Shown here piece after piece: positions 28,092 through 36,850 of a stretch of 64,000 nt of DNA. Origin of the DNA: Burkholderiales bacterium (GTDB lineage: Bacteria; Pseudomonadota; Gammaproteobacteria; Burkholderiales; SG8-39); contig DASRFB010000042.1 in NCBI GenBank assembly GCA_035651815.1, positions 243 to 64,242 on the forward strand, in the 5' to 3' direction. The position numbers and the translations under genes were made by a program. A model generated the notes under the pieces. That model was not told the DNA's origin. It saw nothing but the letters and a program-made list of their open reading frames with translations, and made no database searches. Within the stretch, counting starts at the first letter, position 1. Every line of letters starts with the position of its first letter.

Positions 28092-29963
28092 ATGAATGCC
28101 CCCGAGATCCTCGCCCCGGAAGCGGCGGCGCCAGCCGGGTCGGACGATTTCCCCGACGTCGGCGACTACGCGGCCATCGGCAATTGCCGCACGCTCGCGC
28201 TCGTCTCGAAGGCGGGGGCCATCGAGTGGCTCTGCCTGCCGCACTTCTCGGGGGCCGCGATCTTCGCCGCGATCCTGGACCGGCGCGCGGGACACTTCTC
28301 GGTCCGGCCCGCGGGCGAGTTCAAGGTCGAGCGCGCCTACGTCCCCGGGACCAACGCGCTCGCGACGACCTTCCACGCGCCCGGCGGCACGCTGCGCCTC
28401 ACCGACTGCATGACGCTGCCGCCCGAGCCCTCGGGCGACCTGCAGACGCGCGTCGAGCTCGAGCCCGAGCACGAGGTGCTGCGCCTGGTCGAGTGCGTCT
28501 CGGGCGAGGTCGACGTCGACGTCTCGTTCGCGCCGCGCGGAGATTTCGGGCGCTACGCGATGCGCTTCGTGAAGCGCGGGCGACTGGGCTGGCAGTGCCT
28601 GCGCTGCCCGTCGGGCGCGTTCCTGCAGTCCGACATCGAGCTCGACGTCGATCCGTCGGGCGAGCGGCTGGTGGGGCGCGCGCGGCTGCGCGCGGGGCAG
28701 TCGCGCTGGCTCTCGTTCTGCTACGACCGCTTCGAGGTGAGCGTCGTGCCGCCGCTCGGCGACGGCGCGCGCCGCCGGCTCGACGCGACCGTCGGCTGGT
28801 GGAAATGGTGGGGGCGGCATTGCCGCTACGACGGCCCGCACCGCGAGGAGGTGCTGCGCAGCGCGCTCGTGCTGAAGCTGCTCACCTGCGCGCTGAGCGG
28901 CGCGGTCATCGCCGCGCCGACCACGTCGCTGCCCGAGGAGATCGGCGGTCCGCGCAACTGGGATTACCGCTTCTGCTGGATCCGCGACAGCGCGCTCGTG
29001 CTCGACGCGTTCTTCTCGCTCGGCTTCGTCGACGAGGGCGACGCCTTCCTCGGCTGGCTGCTGCACGCGACCCGGCTCACCTGGCCCGAGCTGCAGGTCA
29101 TGTACGACCTCTACGGCGAGACGAGGCTCACCGAGAAGACGCTCGGCCATCTCTCGGGCTACCGCGGATCGCGGCCGGTGCGCATCGGCAACGGCGCGCA
29201 CGACCAGCTGCAGCTCGACATCTACGGCGAGCTGATCGCCGCCGTCGCGCGCTACGTCGACCTCGGCGGCGAGCTCGACTCGAGCGAGCGGCGCATGCTG
29301 GCCGGCCTGTGCCGCAGCGTCACCGCGCTGTGGCGCAAGCCCGACCACGGCATCTGGGAGGCGCGCCGCGCGCCGCGCCATCACACGCACTCGAAGGCGA
29401 TGTGCTGGGTCGCGATGGACCGGCTGCGCGCGCTCGACGAGCGGATCGGGCTCGACCTCGACCGCGGCATCCTCGAGCGCGAGTGCCGGGCGATCCGCGA
29501 CGAGATCGAGCGGCGCGGCTTCAACGCGCGCCTCGGCGCCTACGTCGGCTACTTCGACGGCGACGAGCCCGACGCGAGCCTGCTGCTGCTCGCGCGCCAC
29601 GGCTATATCGAGCCCGGGCACCCACGCATGCAAGGCACGTACCGGCTGATCGACTCGACGCTCTCGAGCCACGGCATGCTGCACCGCTATCCGCTCGACA
29701 CGAACTACGACGGCATCCGCGGCCACGAGAACGTGTTCGCGCCGTGCAGCTTCTGGGCGGCGGAGTACCTCGCCAACTGCGGCCGGCGCAAGGAGGCCGA
29801 GGCGCTGTTCGAGCGGCTGCTCGGCTGCGCCAACGACGTCGAGCTGTACGCCGAGGAGATCGAGGCGTCCACGGGCAAGCCGGTCGGCAACTTTCCGCAG
29901 GCGTTCACGCACGTGAGCATGATCTCGGCGGCGCAGGCGCTGTACTCGCACAAGACCGCGTAG
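28092..29963 (+). CDS. Glycoside hydrolase family 15 protein (glucoamylase/trehalase-like)
   Basis: YAAIGNCRTLALVSKAGAIEWLCLPHF..., SLPEEIGGPRNWDYRFCWIRDSA, and the GH15 (alpha/alpha)6 catalytic-domain pattern. Confidence 0.85.
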   Translation: MNAPEILAPEAAAPAGSDDFPDVGDYAAIGNCRTLALVSKAGAIEWLCLPHFSGAAIFAAILDRRAGHFSVRPAGEFKVERAYVPGTNALATTFHAPGGTLRLTDCMTLPPEPSGDLQTRVELEPEHEVLRLVECVSGEVDVDVSFAPRGDFGRYAMRFVKRGRLGWQCLRCPSGAFLQSDIELDVDPSGERLVGRARLRAGQSRWLSFCYDRFEVSVVPPLGDGARRRLDATVGWWKWWGRHCRYDGPHREEVLRSALVLKLLTCALSGAVIAAPTTSLPEEIGGPRNWDYRFCWIRDSALVLDAFFSLGFVDEGDAFLGWLLHATRLTWPELQVMYDLYGETRLTEKTLGHLSGYRGSRPVRIGNGAHDQLQLDIYGELIAAVARYVDLGGELDSSERRMLAGLCRSVTALWRKPDHGIWEARRAPRHHTHSKAMCWVAMDRLRALDERIGLDLDRGILERECRAIRDEIERRGFNARLGAYVGYFDGDEPDASLLLLARHGYIEPGHPRMQGTYRLIDSTLSSHGMLHRYPLDTNYDGIRGHENVFAPCSFWAAEYLANCGRRKEAEALFERLLGCANDVELYAEEIEASTGKPVGNFPQAFTHVSMISAAQALYSHKTA

Positions 29964-29971
29964 CGGACGAC

Positions 29972-30463
29972 ATGACCGACGTCGGCGAGACCATCATCCA
30001 CATCATGCTCTGGGGCTTCGTCGCGACGGGGGCGCAGGCCGCGGTTCTCTTCGGCAGCCAGCGCCTCGGCTACTCGCGCCTCTCGCTGCCGTTCCTGATC
30101 GGGACCATGTTCACGGGGGAGCGGCCCGCGGCGAACGCGGCGGGCGCCGTGTTCTACTGGCTGGGCGGCTGGCTGTTCGCGTTCATCTACTACTTCCTGT
30201 TCTCGGAGCTCGGGCGAACGGCCTGGTGGATCGGAGCGCTGATCGGCAGCCTGCACGGGCTCGTGCTGCTCACGACGCTCGCGCCGCTCATGCCGTACCT
30301 GCACCCCCGCATGGCGACCGAGTACGAGGGCCCGAGCTACCGCCGCAGGCTGCAGCCGCCGGGCTTCCTGGCGCTGCACTACGGCTACCGCACGCCGCTC
30401 ACGACCCTGCTCGCGCACGCGCTGTACGGCGCGATCCTCGGGGCCGGAATGTCGTTGCACTGA
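29972..30463 (+). CDS. Hypothetical integral membrane protein (about 4 TM)
   Basis: Hydrophobic segments IIHIMLWGFVATGAQAAVLF, WLGGWLFAFIYYFLF, WWIGALIGSLHGLVLL, TLLAHALYGAILGAG. Lies 8 nt after the GH15 gene. I recognise no family. Confidence 0.55.
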   Translation: MTDVGETIIHIMLWGFVATGAQAAVLFGSQRLGYSRLSLPFLIGTMFTGERPAANAAGAVFYWLGGWLFAFIYYFLFSELGRTAWWIGALIGSLHGLVLLTTLAPLMPYLHPRMATEYEGPSYRRRLQPPGFLALHYGYRTPLTTLLAHALYGAILGAGMSLH

Positions 30464-30477
30464 ACCCGGCGAGCCCG

Positions 30478-32262
30478 ATGCCTGCGACGGTCGCGGGGTG
30501 GACCTTGCGCGCGCTCGTCGCGGTCGCCGCTCTCGCGCTCGGGCTCGCGCACGGCCCGGTCCAGGCGGCGGCCTCGCCCGAGGCGGCGCCGCTGCGCTAC
30601 CGCATCGAGCTGCAGGGACCCAAGGAGCTCACGGGAATGCTGAAAGAGGGCCTGAAGCTCTCGCGCTGGCAGCACGACCCGGGGATGACGCCCGAGCTGC
30701 TCGAGCGCCTGCTCGAGGAATCGGTCCGCGACGCCCGCGAGGCGGCGGCGACCGAAGGCTATTTCTCCGCGGCGGTGCGCGGCGCGATCGACCGCGGCTC
30801 CGATCCCTGGATCGTGACGCTGACGGTGGACCCGGGGCCGAGAACGACCGTCGATCGCGTCGACATCCGCGTGAGCGGCCCCGCGGCCGACGACGCCGAG
30901 GCGCGGGGCGTCATCGACCGCATCCGCGCGCGCTGGTCGCTCGCGGCGGGGCAGCCGTTCCGCCAGGAGGCCTGGGAGAGCGCCAAGCGCGACGCCGTGC
31001 GCGAGCTCTCCGAGTGGCGCTACGCCGCGGCGCGCGTCGCCGCGAGCCGCGCCGAGATCGACCCGCAGTCGCGCAGCGCCGCGCTCACGGTCGAGCTCGC
31101 GAGCGGGCCGCCGTTCCGCTTCGGGCCGCTCCAGGTGAGCGGCACGAAGCGCTATTCGCAAAGGCTCGTCGAGAACCTCGACCCCATCCGGCCCGGCGAC
31201 GTCTACGAGCGCAAGGCGCTCGCCACCTATCAACGGCGGCTGCTCGAGACCGGCTATTTCGTGAGCGCGCAGGTCGACGTCGATCCCGAGGCGCCCGACC
31301 CGGGCGCGGCACCGGTGCGCGTGGCCCTGATCGAAGGCAGCCGCCAGCACGTCGAGGCCGGCGTCAGCTACAGCACCGACGCGGGCCAGCGCCTCGAGCT
31401 GCGCTACAACAACATGGACACGCTCGGGTCGGCGTCGCGCTTCAAGAGCGACCTGCAGCTCGACCGCAAGATCCAGCAGCTGAATCTGAACCTCGATTCG
31501 CCGCCGCTCTCGGAGGCGCGCTGGAACAGCGGCTTCGCGCGCGCCCGCCGCACCGACATCCAGAACCAGCAGACCGCGGAGGCCGCGGTCGGCGTCTCGC
31601 ACAACTGGCTCTCGGGCGGCACGCCGTCGGGGCTGGAGCTTTCCGCGCACACCGAGGACCAGAAGGTCGCCGACGTGCCCGACCAGCGCAGCCACGCCAT
31701 CTATCTCGCGTTCCGCAGGACCTTCCGCGACACCGACGATGTCGTCGCGCCGCGCTCGGGCGTCCTCGCCAACTGGGAAGTGGGCGCCGCGCCCGCCGCG
31801 CTCGCCACGCGCGGATTCGCGCGCGCGACCGCCGGCGCCTCGTACTTCTTCCCGGTCGCGCGCAACGACGACCTGCTGCTGCGCGCCTACGGCGGCGTCG
31901 TGCGGGCCGCCGCGCGCGACGGCATCCCGTCGACGTTCCTGTTCCGGACGGGCGGCGACCAGACGGTGCGCGGCTACGCCTTCGAGAGCCTCGGCGTCAA
32001 GCAGGGCGACGCCGTCGTCGGCGGCCGCTACGTCGCGGTGACGAGCGTCGAGGAGACGCACTGGTTCGGCGCGAGCTGGGGCGTCGCGGCCTTCGTCGAC
32101 GCCGGCAACGCCTGGGACCGCGGCACGCCGTTCCACGCCGCGGTGGGCTACGGCACGGGCGCGCGCTTCCGCACGCCGGTCGGGCCGATCCGCATCGACC
32201 TCGCGTACGGGCGCGATACGCGCAAGGTCCGGCTGCACTTCTCGGCCGGCTTCACGTTCTGA
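30478..32262 (+). CDS. tamA: Translocation and assembly module outer-membrane subunit TamA (Omp85 family)
   Basis: Signal peptide, POTRA-like repeats, and a C-terminal beta-barrel ending GPIRIDLAYGRDTRKVRLHFSAGFTF. Lies immediately upstream of a DUF490/TamB gene. Confidence 0.8.
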   Translation: MPATVAGWTLRALVAVAALALGLAHGPVQAAASPEAAPLRYRIELQGPKELTGMLKEGLKLSRWQHDPGMTPELLERLLEESVRDAREAAATEGYFSAAVRGAIDRGSDPWIVTLTVDPGPRTTVDRVDIRVSGPAADDAEARGVIDRIRARWSLAAGQPFRQEAWESAKRDAVRELSEWRYAAARVAASRAEIDPQSRSAALTVELASGPPFRFGPLQVSGTKRYSQRLVENLDPIRPGDVYERKALATYQRRLLETGYFVSAQVDVDPEAPDPGAAPVRVALIEGSRQHVEAGVSYSTDAGQRLELRYNNMDTLGSASRFKSDLQLDRKIQQLNLNLDSPPLSEARWNSGFARARRTDIQNQQTAEAAVGVSHNWLSGGTPSGLELSAHTEDQKVADVPDQRSHAIYLAFRRTFRDTDDVVAPRSGVLANWEVGAAPAALATRGFARATAGASYFFPVARNDDLLLRAYGGVVRAAARDGIPSTFLFRTGGDQTVRGYAFESLGVKQGDAVVGGRYVAVTSVEETHWFGASWGVAAFVDAGNAWDRGTPFHAAVGYGTGARFRTPVGPIRIDLAYGRDTRKVRLHFSAGFTF

Positions 32263-32270
32263 GGCGCCCG

Positions 32271-35200
32271 ATGCGCTGGCTGGTCCGCGGAATCGCCGTC
32301 GTCGCCGTGCTCGCCGCGACGCTCGCCGGCGGCCTCTGGTGGCTGCTGCACAGCGAGGCGGCCTGGCGCTGGGCGCTCGAGCGGGTGCAATCCTCGAGCG
32401 GCGGCGCGCTGCGCATCGAAGGCGAGCGCGGCACGCCGGCGCGCGAGCTGCGCTTCGATCGCCTGGTCTACGCGGCGCCGGGCTTCCGCGTCGAGGTCCG
32501 CGGCGTCGTGCTGCGCGGCGCCGGGCTCTCGGGCGCGGCGACCGGTCGCATCGCCGTCGATTCGCTCCACGTCGACGCGATCGAGGTCACGTTGTCGGAT
32601 CAGCCCGGGCAGGCGCCGAAGCGCGCCGCGCCGCCGCGCCTTGCGCTCCCGCTCGGCGTGAGCGTCGCGCGGGCCGACGTCGCCGAGGTCACGGTCCGCA
32701 GACCGGGCTCGGAGCTCGCGTTCCGCCGGCTCGCCTTCGCCTACGAGGGCGGCCCGATGCGCCACCGCGTCGACGGCCTGACCGTGGAGACGCCATGGGG
32801 CAGCGCGGCGCTGCACGCCGAGGTCGGCGCCGCCGAGCCCTTCGCGTTCTCCGGCGCCGGCGCGCTCGCGCGGGCCGACGCACGCTTTCCGCTCGGCGCC
32901 GCGATCGAATGGAGGGGCGATCTTCACGGCTTGGCCGCGTCGCTGCGCGGCGCCGCGGCGGGCGTAGCGGTTCGCGCGCGCGCCGACATGGCGCCGCTCG
33001 ACGCGCGCCCGCTGCGCTCGCTCGAAGCGAGCGCGGACGCGGTGGACCTCGCGCGCTTGGTCGAGGGCTTGCCTTCGACCGCGCTTCGCGTCGAGTTGCG
33101 CGCGCGCGGCGACCGCGGCCCGTTTCTCTCCGGCGAGCTGTCCGCGGTCAACGCGCGTCCCGGAACGATCGACGCGGGGCGGCTTCCGCTCGCGCGCCTC
33201 GACGCACGCTTCGCGACCGACCTCGAGAGCGTGCGGCTGTCCGATCTGCTCGCGCGCTCCGCCGGCGGAACGCTCTCGGGCGGCGGCGAGCTCACGCCGA
33301 GGGACGCGCGCCTCGCGCTGCGCGCCGCGGACCTCGACCTGCGCCAGCTGCATTCCGCGCTGAAGCGCACCCGGCTGGACGGGCCGCTCGACGTCGCGGT
33401 GTCCGCGCAGCGCCAGACGTTGCGCGGCACGCTCGCGCAAGGCGACCTGAGCGTCAGCGCCGACGTGGTGAAGCTCGGCTCGCGGGTCGACGTGCGCTCG
33501 CTGCGCGCGGCCGCGAACGGCGGCGAGGTCCGGGGCAGGCTCCGGCTCACGCTCGGCGGCGCGATGCCGCTCAGCGGCGATCTCTCGTTCGCGCGCTTCG
33601 ACCCTTCGCGCTTCGGCGACTACCCGGAGGGCGCCATCGACGGCAGCGTCGCCGTTCGCGGCCGGCTGGGCGCGCCGCGCCGCGTCGACGCGAGCTGGAC
33701 GATCGCTCCCAGCCGGCTCGCCGGGCTGCCGCTCGAGAGCGCCGGCTCCGCGCGCCTGGAGAACGAGCGCCTGAGCGACGTCAGCGCGGAAGCGCGGCTC
33801 GGCGGGTCGCGGATCTCGGCGCGCGGCGCGTTCGGCGGCAAGGAAGATCGGCTCGCCTGGGTCGTGGACGCGCCTCGCCTCGCCGAAATCGAGCCCCACC
33901 TCGCGGGGCGCGTGCACGCCGAAGGCAGCGCGGCCGGCCGCTGGCGCGATCCGCGCATCGAATTCTCCGCGCGGGCCGATGCGCTGCGCCTGCCCGGCGG
34001 CGTCGCGGTGCGCTCGCTGGCGGCGAAAGGCGCGGTGGGCAAGGACCGCGGCGCGCCGCTCGAGATCGAGCTGGTCGGGCACGACATCGATGCGCGCGGC
34101 GTCACCGTCGGGCGCCTGGAGGCGCGCAGCACGGGCAGTGTCGCCGCGCACGAGGCGAGCGTGCTCGCCGAGACTCCAGGGGCGCAGTCGTTCCGCGTAT
34201 CGGCGCGCCTGCGCGGCGGCTGGAACGGCGCCGACGGCTGGTCCGGCGAGCTCCTCGAGCTGCGCAACGACGGCCGCTATCCGCTGCGGCTGCTGCGTCC
34301 GGTCGCGGTGCGCGCGTCCGCGGCGCGGGTCGACGTCGGGCGCGTCGAGGCGACGCTCGGCGACGGGCGGCTGATCGCGCGCGAATCGGAATGGACGCCG
34401 GGGCGCGTGTCCTCGAGCGGCGAGTTCGACGGGCTTCCCGCCGCGTGGCTGCTCGGGCCCGCGGGGCTCGCCGGCAAGATCGAGTCGACGCTCACGCTCG
34501 AGGGCCGGTGGGCGCTGCGCTCGGATCCCGCGCTGAACGGCACGGTGTCGGTGCGCCGCGGCGGCGGCGACCTCGTGGTGCCCGGCACGCCGCGGATCGC
34601 GGCCGCGCTCGAGCGGCTCGCGCTCGCCGCCGTCTTCCGCGACGGCGCGGTGTCGGCGGAGCTCGCCGTCGCATCGCGGCTCGCGACGCTCTCGGCGCAC
34701 GCCGAGGCGCGGCCCGAGCCCGGGGGCGACGCGCCGGGTCCGGCCTCCGCGCTCTCGTTCCGCGCGCACGCCGACGTGGCGCAGCTCGGCACGGTGGCCA
34801 AGCCGTTCCTCACGCAGGCCCGGGTCGACGGCCGGATCGGCATCGACGTGCAGGGGCGCGGGACGCTCGCCCGGCCCGTGATCACGGGCGCCGTGCACGG
34901 CGAGGCGATTCGCATCGACGTGCCGCCTTACGGCGTCTATCTCAAGGACGGCAAGCTCGCCGCCGTCCTCGAGGGAGATCGCGTGCGCGTCGAGGAGCTG
35001 TCGATCCGCGGCGGCGAGGGCAGCCTCACCGCGAGCGGCGCGCTGCCGCTGCGCGGCGCGGGCGGGGGGCGGCTCGAATGGCGCGCGCGGGATCTGGGCG
35101 TGCTCGACCGGCCCGACATGCGTCTCGTGCTCTCGGGGCAGGGCGCGGTGGCGCTCGAGGACGGCCGCGTCGCGGTGTCGGGCGAGCTGCGCGCGCGCTC

Positions 35201-36011
35201 GGGCTTCTTCGACATCGAGCGCGACCGCCTGCCCGACCTCGGCAACGACGTGGTCGTCCTCGGCCAGGCCGCGCCGCCGCGCGAGGCGCTCAAGCGGCCG
35301 CCGGTCGCGCTCGACGTCCGGCTCGATCTCGGAGACCGCCTCACGGTCCAGGGCCTGGGCTTCGACGGAAAGGTCACGGGCCAGCTGCGCGTGTCGACCG
35401 ACAAGGCGGGCGAGCTGCGCGCCGAAGGCAAGCTGACGGCGAAGGACGCGACCTACCTCGCCTATGGCCAGGCCCTCAACGTCGACCCGGGCGAGGTGAT
35501 CTTCGACGGGCCGATCGAGAACCCGGCGCTGAACATCACCGCGTGGCGGCGCAACCAGGCGGTGGAAGCGGGCGTGCAGATCGGCGGCACCGCGCGCAAC
35601 CCCCGCGCGCAGCTGGTCTCGAACCCTTCGGTCCCGGATGGCGAGAAGCTCTCGTGGCTCGTGCTCGGGCGCGCGCCCGACGACGCGACCAAGGCCGACC
35701 TCGCGCTGCTGCAGGCCGCCGCGGGCGCGCTGCTGCCGCGCGGCAGCTCGGTGCCGCTCACGCGGCGCATCGCGCGCACGGTGGGCCTCGACGAGATCAC
35801 GCTGCGCGGCAACAGCGAGCTCGCCGAGCGCGTGGTCGCGCTCGGCAAGCGCGTGTCGGACCGGCTCTACGTCAGCTACGAGCAGGCCGTGGGCGCGACC
35901 GCCGCCAACCTGGTGAAGCTCGACTACACGCTGTCGCGGCGCTGGTCGGTGCGCGCCGAGACCGGCACGATCACCGGCCTCGGCCTGTTCTACCGATACT
36001 CCTGGGATTGA
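32271..36011 (+). CDS. tamB: Translocation and assembly module subunit TamB (DUF490 C-terminus)
   Basis: 1246 aa with an N-terminal anchor (IAVVAVLAATLAGGLWWLL), a long repetitive beta-rich body, and the C-terminus LYVSYEQAVGATAANLVKLDYTLSRRWSVRAETGTITGLGLFYRYSWD. Confidence 0.8.
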   Translation: MRWLVRGIAVVAVLAATLAGGLWWLLHSEAAWRWALERVQSSSGGALRIEGERGTPARELRFDRLVYAAPGFRVEVRGVVLRGAGLSGAATGRIAVDSLHVDAIEVTLSDQPGQAPKRAAPPRLALPLGVSVARADVAEVTVRRPGSELAFRRLAFAYEGGPMRHRVDGLTVETPWGSAALHAEVGAAEPFAFSGAGALARADARFPLGAAIEWRGDLHGLAASLRGAAAGVAVRARADMAPLDARPLRSLEASADAVDLARLVEGLPSTALRVELRARGDRGPFLSGELSAVNARPGTIDAGRLPLARLDARFATDLESVRLSDLLARSAGGTLSGGGELTPRDARLALRAADLDLRQLHSALKRTRLDGPLDVAVSAQRQTLRGTLAQGDLSVSADVVKLGSRVDVRSLRAAANGGEVRGRLRLTLGGAMPLSGDLSFARFDPSRFGDYPEGAIDGSVAVRGRLGAPRRVDASWTIAPSRLAGLPLESAGSARLENERLSDVSAEARLGGSRISARGAFGGKEDRLAWVVDAPRLAEIEPHLAGRVHAEGSAAGRWRDPRIEFSARADALRLPGGVAVRSLAAKGAVGKDRGAPLEIELVGHDIDARGVTVGRLEARSTGSVAAHEASVLAETPGAQSFRVSARLRGGWNGADGWSGELLELRNDGRYPLRLLRPVAVRASAARVDVGRVEATLGDGRLIARESEWTPGRVSSSGEFDGLPAAWLLGPAGLAGKIESTLTLEGRWALRSDPALNGTVSVRRGGGDLVVPGTPRIAAALERLALAAVFRDGAVSAELAVASRLATLSAHAEARPEPGGDAPGPASALSFRAHADVAQLGTVAKPFLTQARVDGRIGIDVQGRGTLARPVITGAVHGEAIRIDVPPYGVYLKDGKLAAVLEGDRVRVEELSIRGGEGSLTASGALPLRGAGGGRLEWRARDLGVLDRPDMRLVLSGQGAVALEDGRVAVSGELRARSGFFDIERDRLPDLGNDVVVLGQAAPPREALKRPPVALDVRLDLGDRLTVQGLGFDGKVTGQLRVSTDKAGELRAEGKLTAKDATYLAYGQALNVDPGEVIFDGPIENPALNITAWRRNQAVEAGVQIGGTARNPRAQLVSNPSVPDGEKLSWLVLGRAPDDATKADLALLQAAAGALLPRGSSVPLTRRIARTVGLDEITLRGNSELAERVVALGKRVSDRLYVSYEQAVGATAANLVKLDYTLSRRWSVRAETGTITGLGLFYRYSWD

Positions 36012-36026
36012 GCGCCGCCGGAGACG

Positions 36027-36470
36027 CTAGTGGGCCCCGGCGGTCTGCGAGTGCTGCTCGCTCGGCTTCGAGATGCCCTTCATCGCTTCGCCCGCGGTGC
36101 GGCTCTCGGACTTGCGCGCGAGGTCTCCGAGCGAGAGGATGCCGACCAGCTTCTTCTCGCGCGTCACGACGGGCAGGCGCCGCACCTGGATGTCGCTCAT
36201 GTTCTTCGCGACGTTCTTCACGTCGTCGTCCTCGAAGCAGTAGAGCACTTCCTTGCTCATCACCTGGCTCACCGGCGTGTCGGGCCCCTGGCCCTTCGCG
36301 ACCGCGCGCACCGCGATGTCGCGGTCGGTGATCATGCCGATGAGGCGGTCGCTGTCGGCTACCGGCAGCGACCCGATGTCGCAGTCCTCCATCAGGGCCG
36401 CGGCCTCCTCGATCGACTGATCGGCATGGATGAGCATGACGTCACGGGTCATCGCTTCGCTGACTTTCAT
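36027..36470 (-). CDS. CBS-domain pair protein
   Basis: MKVSEAMTRDVMLIHADQSIEEAAALMEDCDIGSLPVADSDRLIGMITDRDI... plus a second CBS repeat. ATG at 36470 follows an AGGAGA RBS. The track ORF extends to 36596. Confidence 0.85.
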   Translation of the reverse strand: MKVSEAMTRDVMLIHADQSIEEAAALMEDCDIGSLPVADSDRLIGMITDRDIAVRAVAKGQGPDTPVSQVMSKEVLYCFEDDDVKNVAKNMSDIQVRRLPVVTREKKLVGILSLGDLARKSESRTAGEAMKGISKPSEQHSQTAGAH

Positions 36471-36639
36471 GGGGTCTCCTTTCGTCGTTGCCGCCGGAGC
36501 AACTGCGAGGTCGCTCCCGTGCGATATGTTTCCGTTCCGCGGCCTCGCCGAGCCGCGGCATCCGGGATAGACCGGCTTCGCGCGGCGATGTTTCACCGAG
36601 CTGCGACGGCGGCGACGCGTGGGCTACAATGCGTGCGCC

Positions 36640-36726
36640 GCCTGGGTGGCGAAACTGGTAGACGCAAGGGACTTAAAATCCCTCGGGGGCGACCCCATGC
36701 CGGTTCGAGTCCGGCCCCGGGCACCA
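36640..36726 (+). tRNA. tRNA-Leu (anticodon UAA)
   Basis: 87 nt. Acceptor gcctggg/cccgggc (one G-U pair), anticodon arm aggga-ctTAAaa-tccct, long variable arm, T-loop ttcgagt, encoded CCA. A TACAAT box at 36625-36630 lies just upstream. Confidence 0.93.
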
Positions 36727-36850
36727 TGTGATCTCCGTCGGCTGCTACTGCGAGGACGAGCGGCGCTGCCACCGCTCGGTGCCGCCCGAGCTTTTGCGCG
36801 ACCGCGGCGCTAAGATAGCGGCGTGAAATCGCCGCGAAAGAAAATATAGC

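Noticed and set aside
32148-36331. Very long alternative-frame ORFs over tamB (916 aa minus strand, 1330 aa plus strand, and others)
   Set aside because: They are extremely Arg/Ala/Gly-rich (runs such as RRARRRRR). The tamB frame has the expected anchor, a beta-rich body and the DUF490-type C-terminus.
27490-36639. Genomic island or integrative element inserted at the tRNA cluster
   Set aside because: There is no integrase, transposase or phage gene, no direct repeat of a tRNA 3' end, and no visible compositional change. The content (tamAB and others) is core-like. It is kept only as a synteny observation.
36757-36778. Hairpin after tRNA-Leu (cgagcgg-N8-ccgctcg) as a terminator
   Set aside because: No adjacent T-tract follows; the nearest T run is about 14 nt away. 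GC-rich inverted repeats of this size are frequent by chance in this composition.
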